Below are positions 15,401 through 27,315 of a stretch of 64,000 nt of DNA, in pieces. A model generated the notes under the pieces. It did not search any database and had not been told where the DNA came from. It worked only from the letters and a program-made list of their open reading frames with translations. Source of the DNA: Bugula neritina (Eukaryota; Animalia; Bryozoa); NCBI GenBank assembly GCA_964035545.1, contig OZ037768.1:22539319-22603318 (forward strand), in the 5' to 3' direction. Positions within the stretch are counted from its first letter, which is position 1, and every line of letters begins with the position of its first letter. A program made the translations under genes and the position numbers.

Positions 15401-18400
15401 AACAGCTTCACTTGGGAACAGGTTTGTTGGAAATGTTTACCTGCGCCATTTACCTGCACCGTGGTACCTGGAAAAGGTCACTCCAAAGTTATTTGGTAAT
15501 TTATGTATGACGGTGCTCGGTAAAACGTAGCAGAGTTTTCAGCCAACTCAAAGCATCACGTGCCTCAGGCTTGCTTAGTCTGTGAACTCTGATTTATGGT
15601 CGTATCAACTCGAAGGCATGGCATTTTGACAAAAATGTTTGTGTGTTTATTTTTGGTCAAATTAAAGCATTTCCTAGTGTTTAGGTCAACTTTTTATGCG
15701 AATGGTTGTTTGCAAAAATATCTCCACCATGATAAAGCATAATTTGTTGCATTTGTGTGTTGTCTGCCCCTGAGAATGACGATACATGCGCACTATCATG
15801 GCTAATATAGTAGCATGGTATATATACCTGCATCATTTGTGTATTTTCAATCTCGTTTTCATAAGTAATGTTTTATTTTCTAGTGATACTATTAACGTTC
15901 ATATTATCTGAGTAACGTTCGAACCCCTAGGTTATTATAATTAGTCAACTTCTGTATTTATTGTAATGAATTTCTATACTAATAGTTAATAAACTAGCAT
16001 GAGTACAGATAGCACTGTATACGATGTACTGTAGGTGAACCGAGAGCTGTACACATACGACAGTCACGCTAATCAGAGTATTACGCACTACTGGAAGAAA
16101 CAAGGTCAAATTGAGAGCGCATTTCGAGCTCCCACACCGTCCTTTGCTCACGATGCCAACACTACTTTCTACGTGAGTCGGCAGCTTTACTTGCATTTCC
16201 TGTGACATTATATCATTTCCTGTGACATTATATCACTTCCTGTGACACTATCATTTATTACTAAAGACTCGTGTTGTGTTGAGTCGATTCGCAAATTCAC
16301 ATTTTTGGCATCTTCAAAAAATCGAGATTCACTCCATTTATTTATTATGAGGTTAATTGTGCTATAAAATTCATATTTGTGATGCGAAAAAGCAAATATT
16401 TCTCTTAGAATTATTTTTCAGACTGAAATAATGACAGACCATAAAGCATTTCCAGAGTTCATATCGGTTGTATTAGTTATAATCTTTTTGACACCAGGAG
16501 GCATTATTTTTTGATTTTTTTCAACTCCGCTGTGTCTTGCAGTACTCCGGGCTGTACATATTTACCGACGCCAATGTTTCCTCTGTCTACACCACTTGTA
16601 ACTCTACTAAAGGCGATTATCCCTGTATGGACGGGAACACATGCTACAACTACAAGCACGTCTGCGATCACGCTAACTTCTGCTCTAGTGATCATAAAGA
16701 TGAGATGGGTTGCCCCGCCCCCCTATATCCAGGTACTTTTCTATATTCAGGTAGTTTTATATATTTTCAGGTACTTTTCTATATACTCAGGTACATTTCT
16801 ATATATTCATGTCCTTTTCTATATACTCAGGTACTTTTCTATATACTCAGGTACTTTTCTATATATTCAGGTAGTTTTTATGTTGTTACTCTTATTACTC
16901 TTTTTTCCTCTTTTTTGTTTTGCATATACCAGGAAATGTTTGATCATAGATTTTCTCTTTCAACCTTCAACATACAAATTGGAATTTTGTGTCAAAAGTG
17001 TAATCATTTTTCGCCCTGAGGTCTCTATGCATCTGCATATCTTAAACTCCAATCTAGAAGTTTATGCAGAAAAATACTCACCGGTTTAATTAAAAAGAAA
17101 ACATTTTTAATAAGGTATTTATTTTTGTTAAAGGGGTTTTAGTATTTTTAAACTATTTGTCATGCTTGTGTCAATTAAACACAAGCACGTTTTCTGCCCG
17201 TGATTTGAAATGAAATTATATTTTTTTGCCACTTGTCTGAGGTTGCTCAGCATATTTCAGGCTGAACTCAGTAATTGCCTGGCTAATGGTGCACTTCAAA
17301 GTAAACTGGCACATTAATAACCACTAAGCTAAGAGACCTGGCCAGGTAAAGATTTTCCTGTGGCAAGGTCGATTCACCCAACACCTGTGATCCCCTCTAC
17401 AGTTACACAACAGAGTCATAACTCACTGCAACCTGTTTAATAGGTTGACAGTCTGCCAATTGAAAGTTTAAAGCACGTACAGAAAAAAATGTCCTCACAT
17501 ATGACTTTCAGTATATTTGAAAAATATTGTTTGTTTGCATAATCATAAATTTATGTATAATTACAGTTTTTTAAATGAGTTATTTTCTTGACTCATGGGG
17601 GCAGCGATGTAAGGGAGTGATATAGTACGCGCAGATTATGTCTGGCTGGTGGTCAAAATCACGTCTAGAACGTTGATGATGTCATAGTCATTCTCGTATC
17701 ACATCAAGCTTTAGGCATGGTCTATATTCTATAACCTCCATGTAGAACTTGTGTTACCAGGGATTGTTACTCTGACCATCGTCATAGCAATTGTCTAACA
17801 ATCCTCTGCAGTTCTTTTCCAAATTTTTGCAACCCTCCCTCACCCCTCTCCGTTACTATATCCACCCCTGTAGTTGTTCTACATGAACTCTGCAGTCAAT
17901 ACTCTCAGATCTAAAAGTGCATTTAATACAAAATAAAGTAGGCCTAATACAAAGTATACTATGCGTTAAAGCTCGTCAACCTAGTTTTGATACTGATAGT
18001 GTCTGACACTAATAGCATCACTCCTCGAATTTTATTTGCTTTTTTTCTTTCACTTGTGTAGAAAAATATATTATATTATGCTGCATTATTTCTCCCAACT
18101 AAACTACCCTACCTTCCTGTTCAGTTGGAGTTTCTTCTCTTGTATCCTTTGGTCATTAAATTTAAAAAGCATAAAGTTATATTTTATTCTCTAACTATTC
18201 TTCACAGCCTGGTTTCGCTGTGCCTATAGATACATGCAATAGTTACATTGTAAATTCTTTATGGTGTTAGATATAGTTTGAGTTCTTATGGTACGTGTAG
18301 GGCAGGTGGAGGACTCTGAAGACACCCCTTTGGATGATGACAGAAATCTATGGCGAGCTAAGCACGTGTGGCCATACCGTACAGATCTTGCATTCGGTTG

Positions 18401-21400
18401 GCTGCACAAATATACCAAGCAGAGCGGAGGCAATGCTATCACACTTAAGGCTTCACCTATCGGAGTCACGTGGGTGCTCAGCGGGTTTGCACTAAATCCA
18501 GAACACGGCCTTTCCATCGCTCAGCCCGTCACCGAAAAAGTTTGTTTCACGTCTCGCCTATTTACACACATTCTAAGATGACTATAATATTAACATAATA
18601 GACAATTTCAAGTACTATATTATAGTTTGAACTTTTAAGTTAGCTCAGTGATTAGGCTGTGTGTTGCAGCAGCTAAAAATAGCATGCAATGAAAGTTAGC
18701 AATAATTACTATTAATTTTATAATACCAAAAATTTCACTGCCACTGGAAATGTCATCAGGATGAGCGCAGAATTTATTATAAAACAAAATTCGTTAAGCA
18801 TAGCATACAACTCTCAGCCTGTAGATGATAGCTAAGATATATTTTAATACTGCGTAAATGAATTGTTTCAGGATTCTTTGGTAAAGGAGGTTGAATATCT
18901 ATCTTTTTAGTCTAACACTTACCTAGCATTACTGGTTTTATAAATTGAATTTTTTCTTTTTGTGGTTAAAATTACTGAAATGACAACTCCAAGTGTTTGT
19001 TTTACTTGTCAATAATATCTCATAATGTAACACCTACTCTGTACTAGCATTCACTACTGAGCAGTTATATGTACTGTCACTGGTGCATTGCGATAGGAAA
19101 ATGTGAGTGGTAGTTGTGGTATTGCAGCTTCACATGTGGATATTTATCAAAGTGGGCGGACAGAAAAAGGTGAGACTGGGAGAGATTTTGTCCCTGGAGA
19201 TTCTCGTGTCTAACAAGTGGTCTGAGCCGGTTGATGCCCTCCTTTCCATCCCGGCATCCGATGATTACTCATTCGTGCAGATTGACCGCGAGGAGGGGTC
19301 ACTGGGGTCACCAGTCAGCGGGGAACAACAGGTACCAGCAAATGTTTACTTGAATTACACAAACGTTTACTTGTGTACTCATTTGGCTTGTAGTTTTGGT
19401 CAGTATAATATATTTTAGATCTAAAACTTCTTGTAAAATTGAACATGCGGCTATTTTGGGGTGTTGGTTACATGATGTGACAAATTTCTATTGTGATGAG
19501 TCATGCTTTTCTGAACTCTACATTGTACTACTACATTGTGTTACTACATTGTGTTACTACATTGTGTTACTACATTGTGTTACTACATTGTGTTACTACA
19601 TTGTGTTATTACATTGTGTTGCTACGTCGTGTTATTACATTGTGTTACTACATTCTGTTGCTACATTGAGTTGCTACATTGTGTTACTACATTGTGTTAC
19701 TACATTGTACTACTGCATTGTGTTACTAAATTGTGTTACTACATTTTGTGTTACTACATTTTGTGTTACTACATTGTGTTTACTACATTGTACTACTATA
19801 TGCTGTAGATTCTGGTGCCTATGTTTGAGAAAAGCAAGAGAGTTATATACGTGCCAATAGAACCTCACAGAACGGGTTCCATGGCTATACCTGTGAGGCT
19901 GCTCAGTGTCATCGGGGGACACAGTGCCACCCTCAAGATCACAGTCGGGGTGAGAACACTGGCTGTATATTGTATTGAGAAATCAAATTATACAAGAGTT
20001 GCCTTCTTCCAATATTTTGCAATTAAATGCAGACCTACTACTCTGTATTTTTAATTACACACACGCGCACACACACGCACACACACTCACACATATATAA
20101 ACACAAAATATAAATAGCAATGTAATATATATACGCAGCATGATGGAATACAAGACAGAAACATCACCAACTACCAAGTTGATCTGAGACAAGCCAACTC
20201 TGAGAGACTACCAGATCTCTTTATCACGGTTGAGGAGAGTCACATAGCCCCCGAACAGAGACTGGAAGTGTACGTGGAGGGCTCAGCTAAATCATATGTT
20301 AATGTCATAGGTCAGTTATATATAGGTCAATCTCACAGGCTTTATGATTGGTCAGTTATATAGATTCAGTCTGTCATGTGATAAAATTGACTGCCATATA
20401 ACTATAGTAGATGTTGGATAAAGTATAAAAAATTTCTTTTAAAAATTTCTTTTTTTTTGTTGAGTTTATAGCCTGTTAAGAATGTTCTAGAATGTTCATA
20501 TTTATAACAATTGATTTTGTTGTTTTCAGGTGATATTGTTGGCATTTCATTTTTCCCTAAGACCAACTATGATCTCAAAACTACAAACTTGTTAGGGAAA
20601 CCGTATTACAGTGGTTCTGAAGCTACATTCAATTTTGCTGCGAACCTGTACTCCCTCAATATGGTCAGGTCACTTGGAACTCTGGATAAGTCTAAACTCG
20701 CCAAAATCACCACTTCTTTGAATGTTGGTAAGTCTTGGAGCCTCGCTGCCTGGTCACATGACTTTTAGTCACTGCTAGAAGGCAGCTTGAAAATTTTGTG
20801 ACAAGTTGCTGTTTCTGCTATACTTCAGAAGTTGTGAATCTTCTGTTTAGTTGATGGAGTTTATGTTTCAAGTTCTTTATGTTGTCATATTTATATCTTT
20901 TGCACCTTTATTTGTTTGTTTGGATTAATATGTGTGTGAGTCAAGTGGTACTCAAGCTGAGTTATATGTTAGGACTAAAATATTATATGTATATGTCAAG
21001 TAGTACTTGTGTATATCTTTCTTCTCAAGTAATACTTGTGTATCTCTCTTTCCTTTCAAGTAATACTTGTGTCTTTCTCTCAACTGTATGCTGTGTTCTG
21101 TTTGTAGAGATGCAAGAAATGTTGTCGTATCTGCAACCAGACGGATCATTTTTGGAGTTTAGATGGAGTTTTAGACCTAGTACCTGGTAACTTGATTATA
21201 TAGATTGTGGTTTGCCGTTAGATGCCCCTCAGATTTTTGTGATTTTGCTATTTGAAAACTTAGCCTTTAATTGAAATTATTTTAATATCAATTTTAAACT
21301 GTAATATATAAAACTAGTATCTAGTTTGGCTAAATTTTAAATTTAATTTTAATTTCTCAATTTGAATTTGAATAGGAAATAGTAAAATATCAATTAGACA

Positions 21401-24400
21401 GTTGAATAGCACAGTGTATGTCTATTTATTAAGAAGCTGTATGACTCATTGCCATAACATCTTCTAAAGGTTAACAGCGACAGCGTTGGAGGTCTTAGCA
21501 GATGGCACCAAGCTGACAGACCTGAGAGATGAGTTCAAGATGCCGTCGACTGTAGTCAACTTGACAGCGTCTTGGCTGGTTCAGCAGCAGGATAACACAA
21601 CCGGAGAGTTCTTTGAGTCCGGGGAGTTCCACAACCGTATGTATGTGGTGAGTTCAGTTCGTATTACTCCGCCGTGTCTGAAAGTACACAGACTTCTAAG
21701 TTCATTGCAACTAAATTTAATTGGTATGTTTTCAATTGAATTTTGTGATAAGACAGTTTGTTACATTTACTAAAGCTAAATTGTTGGCTACTAATTATTG
21801 TCTCATGAAGGTTTACTTGCCTTGAATTAAAAATGTTTTATTGTAGAAATAATTATGACAAAGTTTCTTGCTTTTCAGCTGTATTGTATGTATTATATAT
21901 GACGTCATGTGACGTTCATGTAACACTTATTAATAGATTAGCAAGCAGGATGACTGGAGTTATCTGCCCAATATTTTGATGATCTATTACGAGTCAGATT
22001 AACTCAATCCTTGTGAGTCACTAACTATGTTATTCTAGTATGTTACAACTATATATATATTCCAGAGTAGAACCAACATCTATGTAGATGATTCAGAGAT
22101 ACCTGCCAACCTGGCTCTGACAGCTCTCTGTGTCGCCTCTCTGAACAAGGCAGCGTCCACCACCACCCTGGTTAGTTCTGGCTCCTTCAATTCTTATGTA
22201 GTTCTCGGATAATTCTATGCATATTTATTTTGCAATTGAGTATTTAAATTGCCCTGTTGAGTTCAAAGTTTGAGTCGTTGATTTTCATCTTAAATATTTG
22301 TACAGCTTGGCTCTGTTTAACATTTTTTTGGCGCTTTTCAAATTAAAGCCTAAGACTTGCTAATTATAAACAACATAATGTTGTGGGAAAAATATACAGT
22401 TTATAAAGAAAAACATTAAGGTATTACCAAAGTTTTATTCAATCTTACTTCTCTCTTCCAACATAAAACATATCTTTGTTCTGAATGGGTTCTGTGAATA
22501 TCCAAGATATTGGTGATGTAGAAATATGCAGTAGACTGTTGGATAATAAAGTAAGCACAGCTGCAGCTACAGCTACAGGTACAACCTACAGGTACAGCTA
22601 CAGGTACAATGTTCCTACTTTCAGGGAGAAGATGCTCTAAAAGCCATTAAACTGGGCTCGGTGTTCCTAGCTCAGCACTTTAGAAAGAGCGTAGACCCCT
22701 TGGAAGTAGCACTGGCTACCTACGCTCTCTTTGCAACAGATGAAACTTCTTCCAAACAGCAAGCTCTCAGCTACTTGAAGTCTATGAGTAGAACTAGTGA
22801 GTACTGTGTATATGAGTAGAACTAGTACTGAGTATATGAAGAAAAATATTACTGAGTAGAATGAGTACTGAGTCTATGAGTAGAGTGATGAGTAACTTAC
22901 ACTGACTCAGTAACTATCACTGGTAGTTAGTCATGTTATTAGAAAGTTTGTAGTATTGATTACATGGCTAAGTATTATTAAGTGGCCATATTGTATAAAT
23001 ATGTAATAACAAACAAATATCCATCTAAAACCTTTACCCTCTACCTCCACTTGATGCTAGCAGATGGATTACACTGTGATATAGTACTGTGATGATGACC
23101 TAGTTCATATTATCCAATAAGAAAGTCATCTGACTGCTAAGTATTTACGGTTGCTACACGTCACAATTTATCTCAATCTAGTTTAGCCATAGTATAGTAG
23201 ACAACACAAAGTTTAGCGATAAAAACATGTTGATGTAGTCACATATTTCTAGCAAATAGCTTGGTTTTACCACAAAGTTCTTTGCTTATTTCTGTTACTT
23301 TTTTCAATGTGTGACTGTTTAGACAAGGAGATGCGATACTGGTCTTCTCAAGACATTGCCGCTGAGCTGATTGAGACCAACGGCCATGACACTACTCTGA
23401 GAATCATGCCTAAGAAGAGCGACAGTGTTGGCGCCTACACCGTAGCCGCTACTTCCTTCGCACTCATGGCGTACATGGAGAATAGCGAACCTATCAGCCA
23501 ATTAGATGAGATTCAGAGGTTCCTACAAGAGCAGCATTTGTCTGTCGGGGGTTTCTACTCGTCTCACGTGAGTTAAAACTTTTACATTGCAGTAGTTCTA
23601 TGGCATCCTTAATTCCTTCAATTACGAAAGTAGTCTATAGAAGTCGTGCATCAAATTTTGTAGTCTATACTCTCAAATTAGTTTGTGAAACAAAGCTCAT
23701 TCAACTATCTTCACCAGCATGTAGTGTTGGAGTTGTCCCACTATACCAGCATGTAATATTGGAGTTGTCTCTCTGTGCCAGCATGTAGCATTGGAGTTGT
23801 CCCCCTATGCCAGCATGTAGTATTGGAGTTTTCCCTCTGTGCCAGCATGTAGTGTTGGAGTTGTCCCTCTGTGCCAGCATGTAGTGTTGGAGTTGACCCT
23901 CTGTGCCAGCATGCAGTATTGGAGTTATCCCATCATTTCTGTATGTGGTATTGGAGTTATATTGAATGATATTCTGTGATGCTTTCAGGACACGCTGATT
24001 GCCATGAGAGCTCTCACCAGGCTGGCGGACAAGAACCAAGACCGTGCTACCTACGATATGACCTTCACATTCACCTCTGATCAGGATGATACATTCAGGA
24101 AAGTCATTCATCTCAACAAAGATAACTGGTTTGACCTCCAAAGGTTTCAGGTAGACTCTTGTTTACATCAACTCTTTATATTTTTGTTGTGGTAGCTAAG
24201 ATTGCTGGGGGTTAGAGTGTTGAAATAATCACTGAAGCCGAAATCAAATGATTTGAAAAACTTTGATGGTTTATTATTGCATTATGGGGAAAGTTCTTTT
24301 AGTTTTCCAACCAGAATTTATAGTGTGACGGCTGAGCTATGCTACTACTTTGTGATAGATTTGATTAATAAAGTTATTAAGTCTTTTTCATTTTAATGTA

Positions 24401-26280
24401 GCTACTTGATGAACTGATTGAGCTGACCGTTACTTGTGTTAAGGGAACATAACTCCCAGCAAACTAAATGCTCTCCGTTACCTTGTAGACTCCCTCTCAC
24501 TGGGGTAGCATCAGAACTCATGTGAAAGGACACGGCATAGCCTTAGTTCAACTGGAGACAACTAAGCACGTAGCTGATGATAGGGACCAGTTGAAGAAGC
24601 CACCTATCAGAGGCATTATTGACCTTGGTGACTTCAACACAGATATAACCACTAGAGGGTTTAACCACTCATTCATTGACTACAAGCTGTGCCCAAGGTA
24701 AAGTGGGCTGTTGTAGCATTCTATATTTATTTTATGAAGCATTGCTTCTAGTGTTGGAGTTGTCTTATTAATTGTTGTGAAGCATTGATTCTAATAGTAG
24801 AGTTATGTTCTCATTTATTTTTATTGCGAACTGCTTGTAGTGTTGAAGTTGTGTTATCGATTATTGTTGTAATGCATTGCTATCTAATGAAAGAAATAAA
24901 TATCATATCAGAGGTTCAACGACATATCTTGACATTCTTCACCACCCACTTGATTTAGGAACTTTTTAATGCATATCCGAGGATTTAAGGAAGTACTTTG
25001 TCTACGCAGGTGGAATGGTGAGTCCAACCAGAGTGGTATGGTAGTTCTAGAAGTTACTCTACCTAACGGCTACAAGGCCTCAAACTGGGGGTCACAGAGA
25101 CTCGTGAAGAAAAAGAGGGGAACAACTTCCCTTCGAGCTGCTCAACATCTCAATGGGCTAATGGTTTTCTACTTTGACTATGTGAGTTGTCTTCTTTTCA
25201 GACTATATAATTTTTTCTACTCGGGCTATAAGCATTGTCTTATACTTTGACTCTATAAATTTTTTTCAACAGCTGCGTGAATTAATAAACTATAGCATCT
25301 ATTGTTTTGCAACAGCTGTAAAATTATGAGCCGAATACAAAAAACAAGATTTATGGGTTGAGCTTTTATTTTTTTTAATGGCTTGATATATATTTGTCTT
25401 TCTTTTATTATTGTTGTGTGGGAATTATGTAGTCATCAGCTTAGTTTCAGATGGATATGTTTGCAAGCTAGGTGGTCAAAAAATCGCTAGATGCAGTACA
25501 AAATTTGGGGTTGGGAGTGAGATTTAGAGTTTGGGGTTCGTGCAATAATGTTTAAATTAATAAGCTCTGTCTACTGCACTCAGTGACCCAAGCTTTGCGC
25601 TGCATCTAGCGATTCCCAGGTGGTAAAGAAAACTTTAGCCGATATTTAATGCCTGAATACTTAGACATGAATGTACTTCCTATTAATTATTTTAATTTGA
25701 ATTTCAGATAAATAAAAGCAGATCAAACTGTGCAGAGTTTACAGCCAGTAGACAATACCCAGTAGCCAAGATAGCTGAGCTAACCAGAATTAAAGTGTAC
25801 GAGTATTACGAACCATGTAAGTTGTCTTCTTTTATAACAATAGTTTACAGGGTAAACAACTCCAAGATTTAATAGATTGCGTATGATTTCTAATAAATTT
25901 CAAAACATTTTTGTTCCATCATGGTTGTAACGCAAAGCAATAAGACTTTTCCTGAAATTAGAATTTCTCAATTTACTAAATTTCACTTACCAATATTATT
26001 CATTCAATATTATTTATCCAAGTTGAATTATAGTTGCGAAATCATCATTATCTATCTAATAACAATGTTGCATATTATTTCAGCAAACTTCCTTCTCACT
26101 TACTATGAGAAAATAGAATTAAACAAGCTAACCGTGTGTTTAGTGTGCGGGTCCTACCAATGCCCGTACTGTCCATTTTACAACACAGCTGGAGTTCATA
26201 GTCCGTACTCAGTCTATACATACCTCATCTATTCTATAGCTCTTTTTATTCAATATGTATTATACTCTATGGTTAGCTAG
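6409..26280 (+). CDS. Alpha-2-macroglobulin/thioester-protein family member, macroglobulin complement-related (Mcr/TEP6) / CD109-like; 27 visible exons, ~1489 aa, 5'-partial
   Basis: Phase-consistent GT-AG exons: 6409-6577, 8049-8119, 8483-8654, 8955-9039, 10279-10390, 10733-10975, 11591-11788, 13796-13966, 14750-14938, 15272-15421, 16035-16172, 16543-16732, 18301-18539, 19128-19331, 19809-19949, 20139-20310, 20530-20727, 21108-21186, 21470-21647, 22066-22170, 22625-22796, 23323-23567, 23989-24150, 24489-24697, 25010-25181, 25708-25816, 26084-26280 (4470 nt, no internal stop). A2M-family motifs: QTVRFRVIP, MAPAARIVAY..DGQVAADSL, YSGLYIFTD, PSTWLTA, GGFYSSHDT, SGMVVLEVTLPNGY, KVYEYYEP. Mcr-type LDLa module and terminal CGSYQCPYCP. 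Signal-peptide/N-terminal exons not found in 1-6408. Confidence 0.9.
11330..11510. repeat. Degenerate 7-bp tandem repeat (TGTATAT/TGTACAT/TGTATAC)
   Basis: Visible periodic run in the Mcr intron; explains ORFs 11250-11540 and 11326-11523. Confidence 0.75.
11817..12088. repeat. 16-bp minisatellite (ACTCGTRACATACACA), ~17 copies
   Basis: Near-perfect head-to-tail copies with no spacers; starts ~30 bp after a splice donor. Confidence 0.95.
16543..16732 (+). CDS. Exon encoding LDL-receptor class A-like module of the Mcr-like protein
   Basis: CNSTKGDYPCMDGNTCYNYKHVCDHANFCSSDHKDEMGC: six Cys with a C-terminal D..DE.GC pattern, placed after the FTD motif at the bait-region position as in Mcr. Confidence 0.8.
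16723..16880 (+). repeat. 20-bp minisatellite built from a splice donor (CAG|GTACTTTTCTATATACT), ~8 copies
   Basis: CAG/GTA junctions end at 16732, 16750, 16770, 16790, 16830, 16850 and 16870; a degenerate copy ends at 16810. Confidence 0.9.
19520..19800. repeat. 13-bp minisatellite (ATTGTGTTACTAC), ~21 copies
   Basis: Tandem array ending just before the acceptor at 19808. Confidence 0.92.
23714..23960. repeat. 32-bp minisatellite (CCAGCATGTAGTGTTGGAGTTGTCCCTCTGTG), ~7 copies
   Basis: 32-nt periodicity. A degenerate related motif (TAGTGTTGGAGTTGT) recurs at ~24750-24860. Confidence 0.9.
25482..25614. mobile_element. Small MITE-like element with ~28-bp inverted repeats
   Basis: AATCGCTAGATGCAGTACAAAATTTGGG (25482-25509) pairs with CCCAAGCTTTGCGCTGCATCTAGCGATT (25587-25614), 4 mismatches. 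AGGTGGT occurs directly repeated on both flanks. Confidence 0.55.
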
Positions 26281-27315
26281 CAGCTTCATATTTTCCACTT
26301 TTCCACCATTTAGCCTTTCTATTGCATAATGCTATATTTTTCAAAAAGTTATATGTACAATGTGTTGTTGCAATGCTTATGGTTAAATAAGTTTTTAGTT
26401 GTATATAATTTTTAGAATTAATGTTTTTAGTTACACAACATTTTACTATGTTAACTAATGTTCACTTATTTGAAATGTTTTAATTTGTTTTATGCAGGTG
26501 GCCACTCAAAACCATCTTTTTATCTCATCTGTTTGCAATTTACTTACATTTCTAATATCATAGACTCCTGTTTTGCTGAAGTTAGAAATTAATTTTTTGC
26601 TGTGGAGAATGAGGAATAGTACAAATATGAATCCAAACTGCTTTTAAAGCGGTTCTATAACCTCTTTTTACGGTTTATTTTATATTTTGATGGCGTTGAG
26701 TCTCAAAAAGAATGTTTTGAAAACGACGTGATGTATTTTTCACTCACAGATTGTTATTAGCTTTCAAAGTTTTGTGTGGATAGAAATCTACTGTGATATA
26801 TATGCTAGTATTCATTTGTAATATAAAATAAATCAATGAAACATAAAACCAAACGTATAAAAATATATTGGATACCGAAGTTAACATAATTTAAAATATT
26901 CAGTATTTTTGAAATTATATGAACTTATTTACAACATAGCATTCATTCGCTGTATAAAATAATATAGATTTCAACAACCAATGAGTTTTATCAGAACCAA
27001 ATTAGCATTTTAGTAAAGCTATTACATAAACATGTAAATATAATAAGTAAATATAAAATAAATATTATAATACATATAAATTAATTTCAAGTTAATAAGT
27101 TATATTTACTGAAGTACAAATTATAATCAAAGTTGAAAAATGAATTAGTGCCGTTAATTGTTTTTGTAACACTAAAGCTTGAGTATGTAAAAAACACTAT
27201 TTAACTGATTTGAGAAGTTAACACAATACATAATTGAGAAAATGATGATTTGGAACAAGCTGAACTGTGAGGAGATGAAAACTCCGGCAATCAAATTAAT
27301 AATTCTCATCTTGGG

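Noticed and set aside
16881-18300. Cassette alternative exons for the TEP bait region
   Set aside because: The AG...GT candidates checked (17261-17300, ~17403-17443) contain in-frame stops in the required phase.
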